DNA of 64,000 nucleotides from Eledone cirrhosa (GCA_964016885.1 OZ024740.1:336536001-336600000); one strand, 5' to 3'; positions 1 to 14,949 are shown, counted from the stretch's first letter. Notes: generated by a model not told the origin, from the sequence alone. Numbers and translations: made by a program.

Positions 1-124
1 TGTTGTTTTTATCATCATTATTGGTGTTGTTGTTATTTTTGTTGTCATTGAACTGTTTGGTGTCATTTGTGTTGTTTGGATATGAATTTGTTTTTACATT
101 TTCATTTCGTCTTTCCATCTCCAT
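1..124 (-). CDS. possible first coding exon of a gene running off the left edge (MEMERRNENVKTNSYPNNTNDTKQFNDNKNNNN...)
   Basis: ATG at 124-122 in good Kozak context (ACTATGG). The frame is open to the window edge and is Asn-rich low complexity. An in-frame TAG lies upstream at 173-175. No recognisable domain. Confidence 0.35.
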   Translation of the reverse strand, partial: MEMERRNENVKTNSYPNNTNDTKQFNDNKNNNNTNNDDKNN

Positions 125-430
125 AGTATCTAGGGAAGAAGACGATGTTGACTGCGAGCTCTGTAGTCTTACCTACTCTCCACCACCATTATCGTTGAAC
201 GCAGCGTTCATAACATAATCAAACTTTTTACGAGATATTTTCCAAAATTCGATGGAGAAAAAATTTTCAAACGAATATTTCGCCCCTGTAGGGGCGAAAA
301 TGAGTTGACCCACCACCTGAAGGTCCAGACGGGGGGTCAAGTTACACAATAATATAAAATTTAACTGAAAACTCACGTTTTTTTCTTACATAAAATAACG
401 GAAACTTCTCCGCGAAGTTACACACGTCTG

Positions 431-2307
<1,877 letters not shown>

Positions 2308-2319
2308 AATAGATAGATA

Positions 2320-2393
2320 TGTTTCTTTTATTTGCCACTAGGGCATCAAAAGTGGGACAAGTACAAAGGGGGGAGTTTACACAAAAAGGCGTC
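2320..2393 (-). mobile_element. short 3'-terminal fragment of a related Tx1-like element within (GATA)n
   Basis: Minus strand TTGTCCCACTTTTGATGCCCTAGTGGCAAATAAAAGAAA resembles the 3' end at 548-595. Flanked by direct repeat CTCAAATAGATAGATA (2304-2319, 2394-2409). Confidence 0.65.
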
Positions 2394-3329
2394 CTCAAAT
2401 AGATAGATAGATTGATAGATAGATAGATAGATGATAGCCACGTTATATTTCCAAGAACTATTGCTTATAAATTAACTTTACACAGTTCAGATAACTCACT
2501 ACAAAGGTTAGAATAATATTTAACTACGGAACATAACGGAATTTTTTGTACTGTCTCACTCCTTCAGAAAATTGCTTTCAGACTAAAAAAGAAAATAGGA
2601 TTATATATATATATATATATATATACACGTGTGTGTTAGCGGTAACACTAACATTACGTGTTTCAGAATAGAGGTGTATATAGAAGTATACATAAGTCTC
2701 ACTATTGTTATTTTGATCTGTGATCATGTCGCAGCTATCTCAGTAATCGTGTGATGTCACGAAATACTAGTATTTCAGGATCTTTATCCATCTTCAATGA
2801 CATTTATTCACTCCGTACTGAGGCAAAAATCTGCTAATAACTTATATAGAGATTTTTGAAAATAATACATTTATGGAGATGCTCACTTGCCTGGTATGCG
2901 GGCCTAATTGGCTAGTATTGATTAACACTGATGTATATTCGTTAAAATACATTAGGGGCTGAATTTGTCTAGATTAAATAACTCGCAACAGTCAAGAGGT
3001 ATTAAAAGTTGATAAAATATTATAGACATTACTGAGACCTATTTCTATAGTACTTCAAGAATTACTATCAAAGTATAATTAATACACAGCGTAAATACTA
3101 CGTATGTATGGTTGAAGGTAAATTCAAGAACGAAGAATAAGGTAATAGTATCCAGTTAAATCTAGAAATTTAAAAAAACATGATGCTGATTCTGATACCA
3201 AATGGAAGACCCTGAGCAATGTAGACCATATTGAAATGAGACAAAAATATGCGTTGTTTACAGTTCAAAAAAGGCTTTTAGTGGAAAACATTAGAAATTC
3301 TGCAAATTATCTACACTCATTATGAGAAA

Positions 3330-3510
3330 GTGGCAGTATCGGTAGAGGGTCGGACGCCATGCTTTGACGCATAGAGTTACGGCCCTTGCCATTCTGAGTT
3401 CAAATCCCGCCGAGGTTAACTTTGCCTTTCATCCTTACGGGGTCGATACAATAAAGTACCAGTAATACACTGGGAAATTGCTGGCCTTGTGCCAAAAGTA
3501 GAAACAATTA
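3330..3510 (+). mobile_element. tRNA-derived SINE family A, internally deleted subtype
   Basis: B box GAGTTCAAATCCC, core TTTGCCTTTCATCCTTACGGGGTCGAT-AATAAAGTACCAG, tail GGCCTTGTGCC-AAA-TAGAAAC. TSD ATTATGAGAAAG. Confidence 0.9.
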
Positions 3511-4114
3511 TGAGAAAGCTTTACTAAATGCCGCCATTTTCATAAGTACCTTCGAACATTTTAGAAGTTTGCAACATCTCTGATTTAAATAAACCAACTC
3601 TCAACTATCAACTAACACATACATTGTTTTCCAACTTCACACCTTATTATCTTTATACATAACAGTTAGGCCATTACCTTCTAGTTTTATCCATTAACTG
3701 ACTTTCCTGAACTCCATAACCTTCCAATTCTTTGTATCTACGTAGAGATTCCCATATCACATTTTCTCTAGATTTTTCTATCCTTTTATAAGTCGTAATT
3801 TTAAATATTACTTTGAATGAATGATTCCTCTATATCGCAACCGGCAATTACAAGAAAACTCGGCAATAGTAAAGGAATTTGATTCTACTGTATTATGCAC
3901 ATAGCTGAATTAACTTATCTGATATTATGGCTTGTAGCACAAGTAAATCCAAATACCTAGTCTTCGGTCTCCACTAACAAAATATTAGTAACACTGCGAA
4001 CTTAATTATGCGTTGCTTTTTATTTTATTCGTGTTATTATTGTTTTCTATTTTGTCATTCGTTTCAGTTTTTTTTATTCTCTATATATATACTCTTCTTT
4101 AAGTAAACCATCAC

Positions 4115-4129
4115 ATCTCTCTCCCTCCC

Positions 4130-4199
<70 letters not shown>

Positions 4200-4294
4200 T
4201 TGTATATATATACTATATACGTACATATGTAAAAGGCAAACAGAAATATATATATATATCAGGGAGAGAGAGGGATGATGGTTCACTAAGAAAA

Positions 4295-4340
<46 letters not shown>
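4115..4340. repeat. (CT)n and (TA)n microsatellites
   Basis: Seen directly. Confidence 0.95.
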
Positions 4341-5059
4341 TTCTCGGTATGTGTTTCTGTACATATTTTTCTCTGTCTCTGACAGTCTCTCTCTTTCTCT
4401 CACCGCCCCCCCCCCCCCATATCCTCCTTTTTCTTTCCCTCAGCCCCTCTTTCTTTCTCTCTCTTCCTCCATTACTCTTCATCAATAATTCACTTTCCCG
4501 ATCTTTCAACACACAATGTCTTTCCCGAAAGAGAAGAAAAAGTCAATATCATGTTTACTGTCCAAGTCAACATCATTATGTGGTCTGTCCCTAATAGTCA
4601 GCGTACAATTTAATATAGAATTATCAGGAAATTTGAAGTCATTTATCCACTGTAAACAGAACTATAAACGTATATCAATGAATAAAAACGGAGAAATGAA
4701 ACAACTAATAGTGTGTGGGCGACAACAAAGAGCTAAAGAGCTGCGATGAGGAAATAAGTGTGTTTATCGAATGCACTAACGTAAAGATGGCGGTATAACA
4801 GAATGACTTCTCAATAGAAACGCTCTCCGAGAAAGAGAGAGAAAAAGATATGGAACAAGAATGATAATAGCAGAAGACGGAGTTTAAATAGCTGAACGAT
4901 GTGATGATTGAGTGGTATGAGTGGGACTTTTGGCAGAAGAGATCATTTTTTTTTTAAACTATGAAGCAAACAAACAGCTTTAATATTTGGTTGTTCTCTT
5001 CAATTACAAGCCATGTTTAAAGATTTACCAACAGTAATTAACGGCTATTTCCCCAAGCT

Positions 5060-5185
5060 ACCGGCAGAGTTTCTACGTGGTCGCTCGACCCACAAGGTAT
5101 AGCAAGCACATTTCCTTCAAATACATATATTCTACCGTCTTGAAACCGCAGGAATACATTGGATAATGCAGTACAAGATCAATGG
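5060..5185 (+). mobile_element. interspersed repeat (CTACGTGGTCGCTCGA...TAGCA...CTACCGTCTT...CATTGGATAATG)
   Basis: Related copies at ~11875-11980 (-) and ~26670-26790 (+). Confidence 0.6.
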
Positions 5186-5384
5186 TTGCCGAACTTATTT
5201 CGTTGCGGAACTCCATTATACGATTTTCTAAAAAGAAATCGCGGAACCATACTTATATTTTACGGACAATCCTCACCACCCACTTTTTAATAATATATTT
5301 AGTGAAAAAAAATGATATTTTACAGAAGGAATTCCTTGATATAAAAAAAACATATAGTATTTTTTTATTATTATTAAAAGACAC

Positions 5385-5608
5385 CGGGGCGGTGGATTGG
5401 CAGTATCGGTAGAGTGTCGGACACCATGCTTTGTTACATAGAGTTACGTCCCTTTACCTTCTGAGTTCAAATCCCGACTAGGTTAGCTTTGCCTTGCATC
5501 CTTACGGGATCGATAAAATAAAGCACCAGTAACGCACTGGAGTCGATTTAATCGACTTTCCCCTCTCTCCCAAAATTGCTAGTCCTGTGCCTAAATCTGA
5601 AACCATTA
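5385..5608 (+). mobile_element. SINE family A, full length
   Basis: Head GGCGGTGGATTGGCAGTATCGGTAGAG, B box, core and tail as at 3330. Confidence 0.9.
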
Positions 5609-5879
5609 CGCGAAATCGCAGTTTTTTTTTTGCGGAGTTCACTCAAAGAAATACTGTTGTAGATATATAACGCCTGTGATAAGGATGAGATGATCATGGC
5701 TGGAATGTTTTTGATCAAAGATCTGCTCAGTCAGGATTGAAATGGGCTACACAATATCAACAGCAACAACGGCTAATCTCACTAAATCAATTTTCCATAC
5801 TTCCCTGACATTTAGTAAAACTTCCAGCACACTATTTGTTAGATGTCGCTGTTTTGTTATACGAACGGGTAGAAGGAAA

Positions 5880-6190
5880 TAGGCTTTCGTCGGTTTCGAG
5901 GATGTTGTTTGAGCAAGAGAAAAGTGTTTACGTGGGTCGCCACTCTACAAACATGTGTACCCTTAATGTAACTGTCAGAGAGATTCAGCGCGACACCGTG
6001 CACGTGATAAAGCCAACCCTTCGCATTACAGGTACAGTCCATCCAACGGGCTTCAAAACAATTTCTGTCTACTCAATTTCACTCACTATGCTTGGGTCGA
6101 CTCGAAGCTATGATAAATGACACGCAATGGGATCAAACCCGGGACCTAATGATTCTAAAAAGAACTTCTTAACCATTCAGCACTGTTGCG
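5880..6190 (-). mobile_element. tRNA-derived SINE family C
   Basis: Minus strand TGGTTAAGAAGTTC...GGGTTTGATCCCA head and GTGAGTGAAATT...GAAGCCCGTTGGATG body. Other copies at 20248-20530, 21800-22145, 25130-25485, 44905-45200, 52930-53070, 53885-54215. Confidence 0.8.
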
Positions 6191-7995
6191 TCCATGTTAA
6201 AGGAACAGGGATTCAATTTTACCACATATTTATCACACTGACTATATTCTGCCAGTGTGTCGTAGTATCACAATGGTTTAGCGTAGGTATCCCCGGACTT
6301 TTTAAACCATCGTCCTCTTCGTGAAATCTTTGACCCGTCATCGATCCCAGGTATGTACAAAATAGATAAGATAAGTAAATAAATAAATCAGTGAAGACAA
6401 TATAAAATAAACAGATAATAAATACTAATTACATGAAAATTAGAAACCTGTACTGAATCTGTGCTGAAAGGTTCCTGGTTTTGGATAACAGAAAATACTG
6501 GAGGATCAGTTAAAAGAAAATACAGGAGGATCAGTTAAAAGAAAATACAGGAGGATCAGTTAAAAGAAAATCAGGAGGATCAGTTAAAGAAAATACTGGA
6601 GGATCAGTTAAGAGAAAATACAGGAGGATCGGTTAAAAGAAAATACTGGAGGATCAGTTAAAAGAAAATACAGGAGGATCAGTTAAAAGAAAATACAGGA
6701 GGATCAGTTAAAAGAAAATACTGGAGGATCGGTTAAAAGAAAATACAGGAGGATCAGTTAAAAGAAAATACAGGAGGATCAGTTAAAAGAAAATACTGGA
6801 GGATCAGTTAAAAGAAAATACTGGAGGATCAGTTAAAAGAAAATACAGGAGGATCAGTTAAAAGAAAATCAGGAGGATCAGTTAAAAGAAAATACTGGAG
6901 GGTCAGTTAAAAGAAAATACAGGAGGATCAGTTAAAAGAAAATACTGGGGGATCAGTTAAAAGAAAATACAGGAGGATCAGTTAAAAGAAAATACAGGAG
7001 GATCAGTTAAAAGAAAATACTGGAGGATCAGTTAAGAGAAAATACAGGAGGATCAGTTAAAAGAAAATACAGGAGGATCAGTTAAAAGAAAATATAGGAG
7101 GATCAGTTAAAAGAAAATATAGGAAGATCAGTTAAAAGAAAATATAGGAGGATCAGTTAAAAGAAAATATAGGAGCATCAGTTAAAAGAAAATACTGGAG
7201 GATCAGTTAAAAGAAAATACAGGAGGATCAGTTAAAAGAAAATACTGGAGGATCAGTTAAGAGAAAATACAGGAGGATCAGTTAAAAGAAAATACAGGAG
7301 GATCAGTTAAAAGAAAATATAGGAGGATCAGTTAAAAGAAAATATAGGAAGATCAGTTAAAAGAAAATATAGGAGGATCAGTTAAAAGAAAATATAGGAG
7401 CATCAGTTAAAAGAAAATACTGGAGGATCAGTTAAAAGAAAATACAGGAAGATCAGTTAAAAGAAAATATAGGAGGACCGTGCGCGTGATAAAGCCAACC
7501 CTTCGCATTACAGGTACAGTCCATCCAACGGGCTTCAAAACAATTTCTGTCTACTCAATTTCACTCACTATGCTTGGGTCGACTCGAAGCTATGATAAAT
7601 GACACGCAATGGGATCAAACCCGGGACCTAATGATTCTAAAAGGAACTTCTTAACCATTCAGCACTGTTGCGTCCATGTTAAAGGAACAGGGATTCAATT
7701 TTACCACATATCTATCACACTGACTATATTCTGCCAGTGTGTCGTAGTATCACAATGGTTTAGAGTAGGTATCCCCGGAGTTTTTAAACCATCGTCCTCT
7801 TCGTGAAATCTTTGACCCGTCATCGATCCCAGGTATGTACAAAATAGATAAGATAAGTAAATAAATAAATCAGTGAAGACAATATAAAATAAACAGATAA
7901 TAAATACTAATTACATGAAAATTAGAAACCTGTACTGAATCTGTGCTGAAAGGTTCCTGGGTTCCTGGTTTTGGATAACAGAAAATACAGGAGGA
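5995..7995. repeat. tandem segmental duplication, period 1482 bp
   Basis: 5995-6510 recurs almost identically at 7477-7995 (ORF track 6127 vs 7609). Confidence 0.95.
6490..7476. repeat. 25-bp minisatellite AAAAGAAAATACAGGAGGATCAGTT, block 1 (~39 units)
   Basis: Unit read directly; copy number estimated from length. Confidence 0.97.
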
Positions 7996-10605
7996 TCAAT
8001 TAAAAGAAAATACAGGAGGATCAGTTAAAAGAAAATACTGGAGGATCAGTTAAAAGAAAATACAGGAGGATCAGTTAAAAGAAAATACTGGAGGATCAGT
8101 TAAAAGAAAATACAGGAGGATCAGTTAAAAGAAAATACTGGAGGATCAGTTAAAAGAAAATCGGGAGGATCAGTTAAAAGAAAATATAGGAGGATCAGTT
8201 AAAAGAAAATATAGGAGGATCAGTTAAAAGAAAATATAGGAGGATCAGTTAAAAGAAAATACAGGAGGATCAGTTAAAAGAAATTCGGGAGGATCAGTTA
8301 AAAGAAAATACAGGAGGATCAGTTAAAAGAAAATATAGGAAGATCAGTTAAAAGAAAATAAAGGAGGATCAGTTAAAAGAAAATATAGGAGGATCAGTTA
8401 AAAGAAAATATAGGAAGATCAGTTAAAAGAAAAAACAGGAGGGTCAGTTAAAAGAAAATACAGGAGGATCAGTTAAAAGAAAATATAGGAGGATCAGTTA
8501 AAAGAAAATACAGGAGGATCAGTTAAAAGAAAATATAGGAGGATCAGTTAAAAGAAAATATAGGAAGATCAGTTAAAAGAAAATACAGGAGGATCAGTTA
8601 AAAGAAAATACAGGAGGATCAGTTAAAAGAAAATATAGGAGGACCAATAAAAGAAAATCGGGAGGATCAGTTAAAAGAAAATACAGGAGGATCAGTTAAA
8701 AGAAAATATAGGAGGATCAGTTAAAAGAAAATATAGGAAGATCAGTTAAAAGAAAATCGGAGGATCAGTTAAAAGAAAATCGGGAGGATCAGTTAAAAGA
8801 AAATATAGGAGGATCAGTTAAAAGAAAATATAGGAGGATCAGTTAAAATAAAATATAGGAGGATCAGTTAAAAGAAAATACAGCAGGATCAGTTAAAAGA
8901 AAATACTGGAGGATCAGTTAAAAGAAAATACAGGAGGATCAGTTAAAAGAAAATACAGGAGGATCAGTTAAAAGAAAATACAGGAGGATCAGTTAAAAGA
9001 AAATACTGGAGGATCAGTTAAAAGAGAATCGGGAGGATCAGTTAAAAGAAAATACAGGAGGATCAGTTAAAAGAAAATATAGGAGGATCAGTTAAAAGAA
9101 AATATAGGAAGATCAGTTAAAAGAAAAAACAGGAGGGTCAGTTAAAAGAAAATACAGGAGGATCAGTTAAAAGAAAATATAGGAGGATCAGTTAAAAGAA
9201 AATACAGGAGGATCAGTTAAAAGAAAATATAGGAGGATCAGTTAAAAGAAAATATAGGAAGATCAGTTAAAAGAAAATACAGGAGGATCAGTTAAAAGAA
9301 AATATAGGAGGATCAGTTAAAAGAAAATACAGGAGGATCAGTTAAAAGAAAATCGGGAGGATCAGTTAAAAGAAAATATAGGAGGATCAGTTAAAAGAAA
9401 ATATAGGAAGATCAGTTAAAAGAAAATAAAGGAGGATCAGTTAAAAGAAAATATAGGAGGATCAGTTAAAAGAAAATATAGGAAGATCAGTTAAAAGAAA
9501 ATACAGGAGGATCAGTTAAAAGAAAATACAGGAGGATCAGTTAAAAGAAAATATAGGAGGACCAATAAAAGAAAATCGGGAGGATCAGTTAAAAGAAAAT
9601 ACAGGAGGATCAGTTAAAAGAAAATATAGGAGGATCAGTTAAAAGAAAATATAGGAGGATCAGTTAAAAGAAAATACAGGAATATCAGTTAAAAGAAAAT
9701 CGGGAGGATCAGTTAAAATAAAATATAGGAGGATCAGTTAAAAGAAAATATAGGAAGATCAGTTAAAAGAAAATCGGAGGATCAGTTAAAATAAAATATA
9801 GAGGATCAGTTAAAAGAAAATACAGGAGGATCAGTTAAAAGAAAATACTGGAGGATCAGTTAAAAGAAAATACAGGAGGATCAGTTAAAAGAAAATACAG
9901 GAGGATCGGTTAAAAGAAAATACAGGAGGATCAGTTAAAAGAAAATCGGGAGGATCAGTTAAAAGAAAATCGGGAGGATCAGTTAAAAGAAAATATAGGA
10001 GGATCAGTTAAAAGAAAATATAGGAGGATCAGTTAAAATAAAATATAGGAGGATCAGTTAAAAGAAAATACAGCAGGATCAGTTAAAAGAAAATACTGGA
10101 GGATCAGTTAAAAGAAAATACAGGAGGATCAGTTAAAAGAAAATACAGGAGGATCAGTTAAAAGAAAATACTGGAGGATCAGTTAAAAGAAAATACAGGA
10201 GGATCAGTTAAAAGAAAATACTGGAGGATCAGTTAAAAGAGAATCGGGAGGATCAGTTAAAAGAAAATATAGGAGGATCAGTTAAAAGAAAATATAGGAG
10301 GATCAGTTAAAAGAAAATACAGGAGGAACAGTTAAAAGAAAATCGGGAGGATCAGTTAAAAGAAAATATAGGAGGATCAGTTAAAAGAAAATATAGGAAG
10401 ATCAGTTAAAAGAAAATACAGGAGGATCAGTTAAAAGAAAATATAGGAGCATCAGTTAAAAGAAAATACTGGAGGATCAGTTAAAAGAAAATACAGGAGG
10501 ATCAGTTAAAAGAAAATATAGGAGGACCAATAAAAGAAAATATAGTAGGATCAGTTAAAAGAAAATACAGGTGGATCAGTTAAAAGAAAATATAGGAAGA
10601 TCAGA
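7978..10605. repeat. 25-bp minisatellite, block 2 (~105 units)
   Basis: Same unit with TACA/TACT/TATA/TCG variants. Confidence 0.97.
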
Positions 10606-10850
10606 TAATTATAATTTTATTCAACATATTCCCCTCTCGGATTCACACATTTATTGCAGCAGTCCTACTTCCCATGTAAAGGTAACAGCTCTACCCTTTA
10701 GCGATACCCTTAAAGCCAGGAACTTTTCAACACCCCCTCGTCTAAGCAAATTGGATTTTATTTTATTATTATATATATTTTCATTTCTTCTACAAATGTT
10801 AGGTTTTGACTCAAAAGTTCAATGGAATCCACAAACACAGACACCAATGC

Positions 10851-10895
<45 letters not shown>

Positions 10896-11400
10896 ATCGA
10901 GATCTAATACACTCCTTAAGCAAAATATGATTGATTGATAACTCATTAACTTTTATACGGATTACTAATTGTTGACTGGCTTCGGAAATAATGATGCAGA
11001 TAAATGTTTGAATGTTTGCATGCGTATATATATAACTACGTGTGTGTCTGTGTGTCTGTGTGTGCGCGCGCATGTGTGTGTATGCGCGCGCGTGTGTGTG
11101 TGTATGTGTGTGTATGTATGTGTGTGTGTATGTGTTTTCACTAATCTGGTTAAATTTCCTCCAGAAAAGTCATGATTTTGTTGAGGATATTCGTGAAACA
11201 ACAATTAAACAACGTAATAAAACTTATGTTTCTTGTATTTGGAGTTTGTTTTTATCATTGTTATTGTTGTTCCTGTTCTCGTTATTCTTGTTGTTGTTGC
11301 TGCTCTAGTCTGCAATAATCACGTTGTTTCGTTAGAAACTACAAAAAATATGGAGTAAGAAAAAATTGTTTTTATAATTATTTTTTTGTTTTGTTGATAG

Positions 11401-11870
11401 TTTTAGTACTATTTTGTTAGTTTGGTGGAGAGGTTGTCTACCCATAGACGTCTTAGGTGACTCTATATTGTTAGTACTATTTTTAGTACTATTTTGTTAG
11501 TTTGGTGGAGAGGTTGTCTACCCATAGACGTCTTAGGTGACTCTATATTGTTAGTACTATTTTTAGTACTATTTTGTTAGTTTGGTGGAGAGGTTGTCTA
11601 CCCATAGACGTCTTAGGTGACTCTATATTGTTAGTACTATTTTTAGTACTATTTTGTTAGTTTGGTGGAGAGGTTGTCTACCCATAGACGTCTTAGGTGA
11701 CTCTATATTGTTAGTACTATTTTTAGTACTATTTTGTTAGTTTGGTGGAGAGGTTGTCTACCCATAGACGTCTTAGGTGACTCTATATTGTTAGTACTAT
11801 TTTTAGTACTATTTTGTTAGTTTGGTGGAGAGGTTGTCTACCCATAGACGTCTTAGGTGACTCTATATTG
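11401..11870. repeat. perfect 80-bp tandem repeat, ~5.9 copies
   Basis: Units start at 11401, 11481, 11561, 11641, 11721, 11801. Confidence 0.97.
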
Positions 11871-12202
11871 GGATGTATGACTAATATTCGTCTAATATGT
11901 TCTTTTTAAGACGGAAGGAGATGGTTTGGAAGATATTTTGGCTATTCCTACATAGCAAGTTGAGCGATTACGTAGAATAATGGTTTCCAAAACTTTCACT
12001 ACAAAGAACCCCATTTATTTAAGTTAACTTTTCCTCGGACATTCTACTTCCCGCTACAATTATTCCACTTACGGGATGTTATGCGGTGTGAGTAGCAAAT
12101 GAAAGGGAGAGATATTTATACTTAGAGAATATGGATACTCAATAGTATGTGTATATTATGCTTTTAACAATGTACTTGAAATTTAGAACATAACTCGATA
12201 CT

Positions 12203-12457
12203 ATGGACAGATTTTACAGGAAAAAACCAGCCGGTAAGAAACCCAGGGGTAGACCCCGAGCAATATGGTTGGAAAACATCCATGAGCTTGGCTGGTCACG
12301 CTTGGGGATCCAACCAGATCAGTTGGAGACAGCGTCTCTGAAGAAGAAGAAGAAGAAGAAGAAGAAGAAGAAGAAGAAGAAGAAGAAGAAGAAGAAGAAG
12401 AAGAAGAAGAAGAAGAAGAAGAAGAAGAAGAAGAAGAAGAAGAAGAAGAAGAAGAAG

Positions 12458-12488
<31 letters not shown>
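12203..12488 (+). mobile_element. RTE-like LINE 3' fragment followed by a long (GAA)n tract
   Basis: PAGKKPRGRPRAIWLENI matches the GxRxRGRPxxxWxD motif of RTE/L2 ORF2 C-termini. (GAA)n at 12340-12487. Confidence 0.7.
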
Positions 12489-12551
12489 GCTGATGTATAC
12501 TTCAGAAAATACTCTATATTTTCAACCGTTCAACAGATTGGCAAAGAGGTA

Positions 12552-12596
12552 AACAGTCCTGATGAAGCGTAATGACCCAGAAACATATTGATTGTT
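12552..12596 (+). ncRNA. degenerate minimal type I hammerhead ribozyme (Penelope-like remnant)
   Basis: AACAGTC-CTGATGA...GAAACATATT-GATTGTT: 7-bp stem I with one G-U pair; stem II and cleavage site damaged. Confidence 0.45.
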
Positions 12597-12742
12597 CCTC
12601 GATACCACTGTTGAACAAACGGATAACGATTGGTCATCTAGGCACAGCATAGGTTTGTCGGGCTGTTTGCTTCCAAACGAATCGAATATCATTATTATTA
12701 TTCGGCATACCCCATACGTACATATCTATATGTATTTGCGTG

Positions 12743-12773
<31 letters not shown>

Positions 12774-12786
12774 ATACGTATGCATA

Positions 12787-12817
<31 letters not shown>

Positions 12818-13531
12818 ATGAAGTAATTCCGTCGGAAACGTCCAGGAAAAAAGAGTGCTCTATGTAGGTTACAGAGCTTAATAGTTATGTAATAAACAAC
12901 ATAAGATAATTATTTCATTTACCAGTGGTTTCTTGAAAGCAAACAAAATTTGCTTTCAATCATCAGAATGAAAAAATCCTGGTGTATCCACATATATATA
13001 TATATATGAGTCTAGATGATTTGATAATACAACCATATATAGGCAAAGAACATTGTAATTATATAGTCCACAGCAATATACGTAAGAGACAGTTCAGAGT
13101 TTAATCCAATCCGTAAAACTGTATTTGAATTTGTCTATATTTTCGGTCTTGTGATTGTTTTCTGGACATGTATTGGTAAATATTAATGTTATTTAATAGA
13201 TTCTGAAGAGATTATTATAACAGGAATAAATATTCCTTTTATTTTAATCGGAACGATCATCAATCAATTAAACGATTTAATTTAAATCCTATTTATTCTA
13301 TATTCATGTATTACATATATTTTTATTTGTTTGACCCGAATTACTTGGTCGTTTTTATGGTTGTGCGGATGATTGTTTAACCATCGTCTCAGTGTGTTTG
13401 GCCTTTGACGTATGTTGTAGCTCTGGTTCTTCTGAACCATTGAGCACTTGCCACACATCTCGGAGGTTGTTTTTCGTTATTTCATAGGCCGAAATACGAT
13501 TCTCGATAATTTATATTTATATATATATATA

Positions 13532-13646
<115 letters not shown>

Positions 13647-14392
13647 CAAAAAAGAAGGGCGCACAAGACAAATACAACGGATAAACGAACAGTCCCTTCA
13701 CTTCAGTGAACTTCTGGAAATCCATATAGTTTCGGTTTATTAAAGTGTAGATGTCTCATTCCAGTGCACAGGAGACGCAACGAATCAGGAGGAGAGAGGA
13801 TAAATTATGCCGTTCGGCGAATTATACAAATTAAAACAAAAAAGAAATGCTTCAAACCAACATGCTTCAAATGAAAAGTAAGAAATAGAAACGTGGTATG
13901 CGACATCTTAGCCCAAAGAAGAAAAATAGGAAACAGAAAAATAAGAAAAATTATAATTTGGACTCTTACGGAGACAGAGAGGAATGACGTAGAGGTGGAG
14001 GGAGGGGGGGGGTGCAGAGAAAAGAAAGAAAGAGACAGAAGATAGATAGCGGGCGGTGCAATGTCCATTTTTAGATAGGTGTTAAAAAAACACGCGTAGC
14101 TAATATATATATATAAAGGCTAATGGGTATAGTCCTCCTTTATTCACGAATGACCATGGGATATGTACCTAGAAAGTCCAGCTACAGCTGAGTAAACTGG
14201 AACATAAATAAAGTGACTTGCTCAAGGACACAACGTTCTATAACCACTAAGCCATGCGCCGTCACTCACACACATATGTATGTGTGTGTGTGCGTGCGTG
14301 CGTGTGTGTGAGTGTGTGTGTGTGTGTGTCCTCCCTCAATCTTTTCTATAGTTCATCTGCCTGTCACCCACCTCGTGGATTGTCTCTTTCTG

Positions 14393-14665
14393 TTGAAAGT
14401 AGGTTTATAAGTATGAATAATTTTCATAAAATTTTCGAAGTTGTCTCTGTGGCATGGCGGTAGGTACTAGATACGATGGAGATCCTGATCTTGGGTTCAA
14501 TTCTGGGCAAGAGGTATATTTTCAGTTTTTATTTTACAACCCATAGAAAAAAAACTGAAAAGGTTTACCGGGAACTCTACTCCGACCAGGATCGATCTTC
14601 AGACGAGGACCACCAACGTCTATGATTCCTCGAACTAGGCCACCGAGACGGCTACAAAAGTATAA
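14393..14665. mobile_element. fold-back element with two convergent tRNA-like heads, copy 1 (partial)
   Basis: Aligns with 15022-15295; the two arms are diverged inverted repeats. Confidence 0.75.
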
Positions 14666-14949
14666 TTCCTATGTGTATATTATTCCTATGTGTTTAACTG
14701 TTGAATTAATTTAATTTGATTATTTTAACAACAAATAATATATATATAATGCCAATCATTGTAAGTTTGAATCTGACATGCAAAAACATATACATATGAA
14801 TAAAGTAAGCCCAAATCATAGAAGATTCAAATATCACAGAGAGAAAGAGAGGGGGATGAGGTGCAACAGAAATCAAACAAATATTACAGGTTAAAATATA
14901 GTCTATAATAGATGTGAAACAAAACGAGGATGTAGTTTATGGCACACCC

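Larger units (their letters stand above)
6451..10744 (-). mobile_element. mariner-derived MITE inflated by an internal minisatellite; left end duplicated at ~7933
   Basis: Left GTGCTGAAAGGTTCCTGGTTTT is the inverted match of right AAAGCCAGGAACTTTTCAACACCCCCTCGT. Minus strand 10617-10661 reads CCNKCVNPRGEYVE*, a mariner transposase C-terminus. Confidence 0.8.

Noticed and set aside
6490-10605. CRISPR-like array
   Set aside because: Head-to-tail 25-bp units with no unique spacers, no cas genes, and a eukaryotic context. The same applies to the 80-, 50- and 35-bp arrays.
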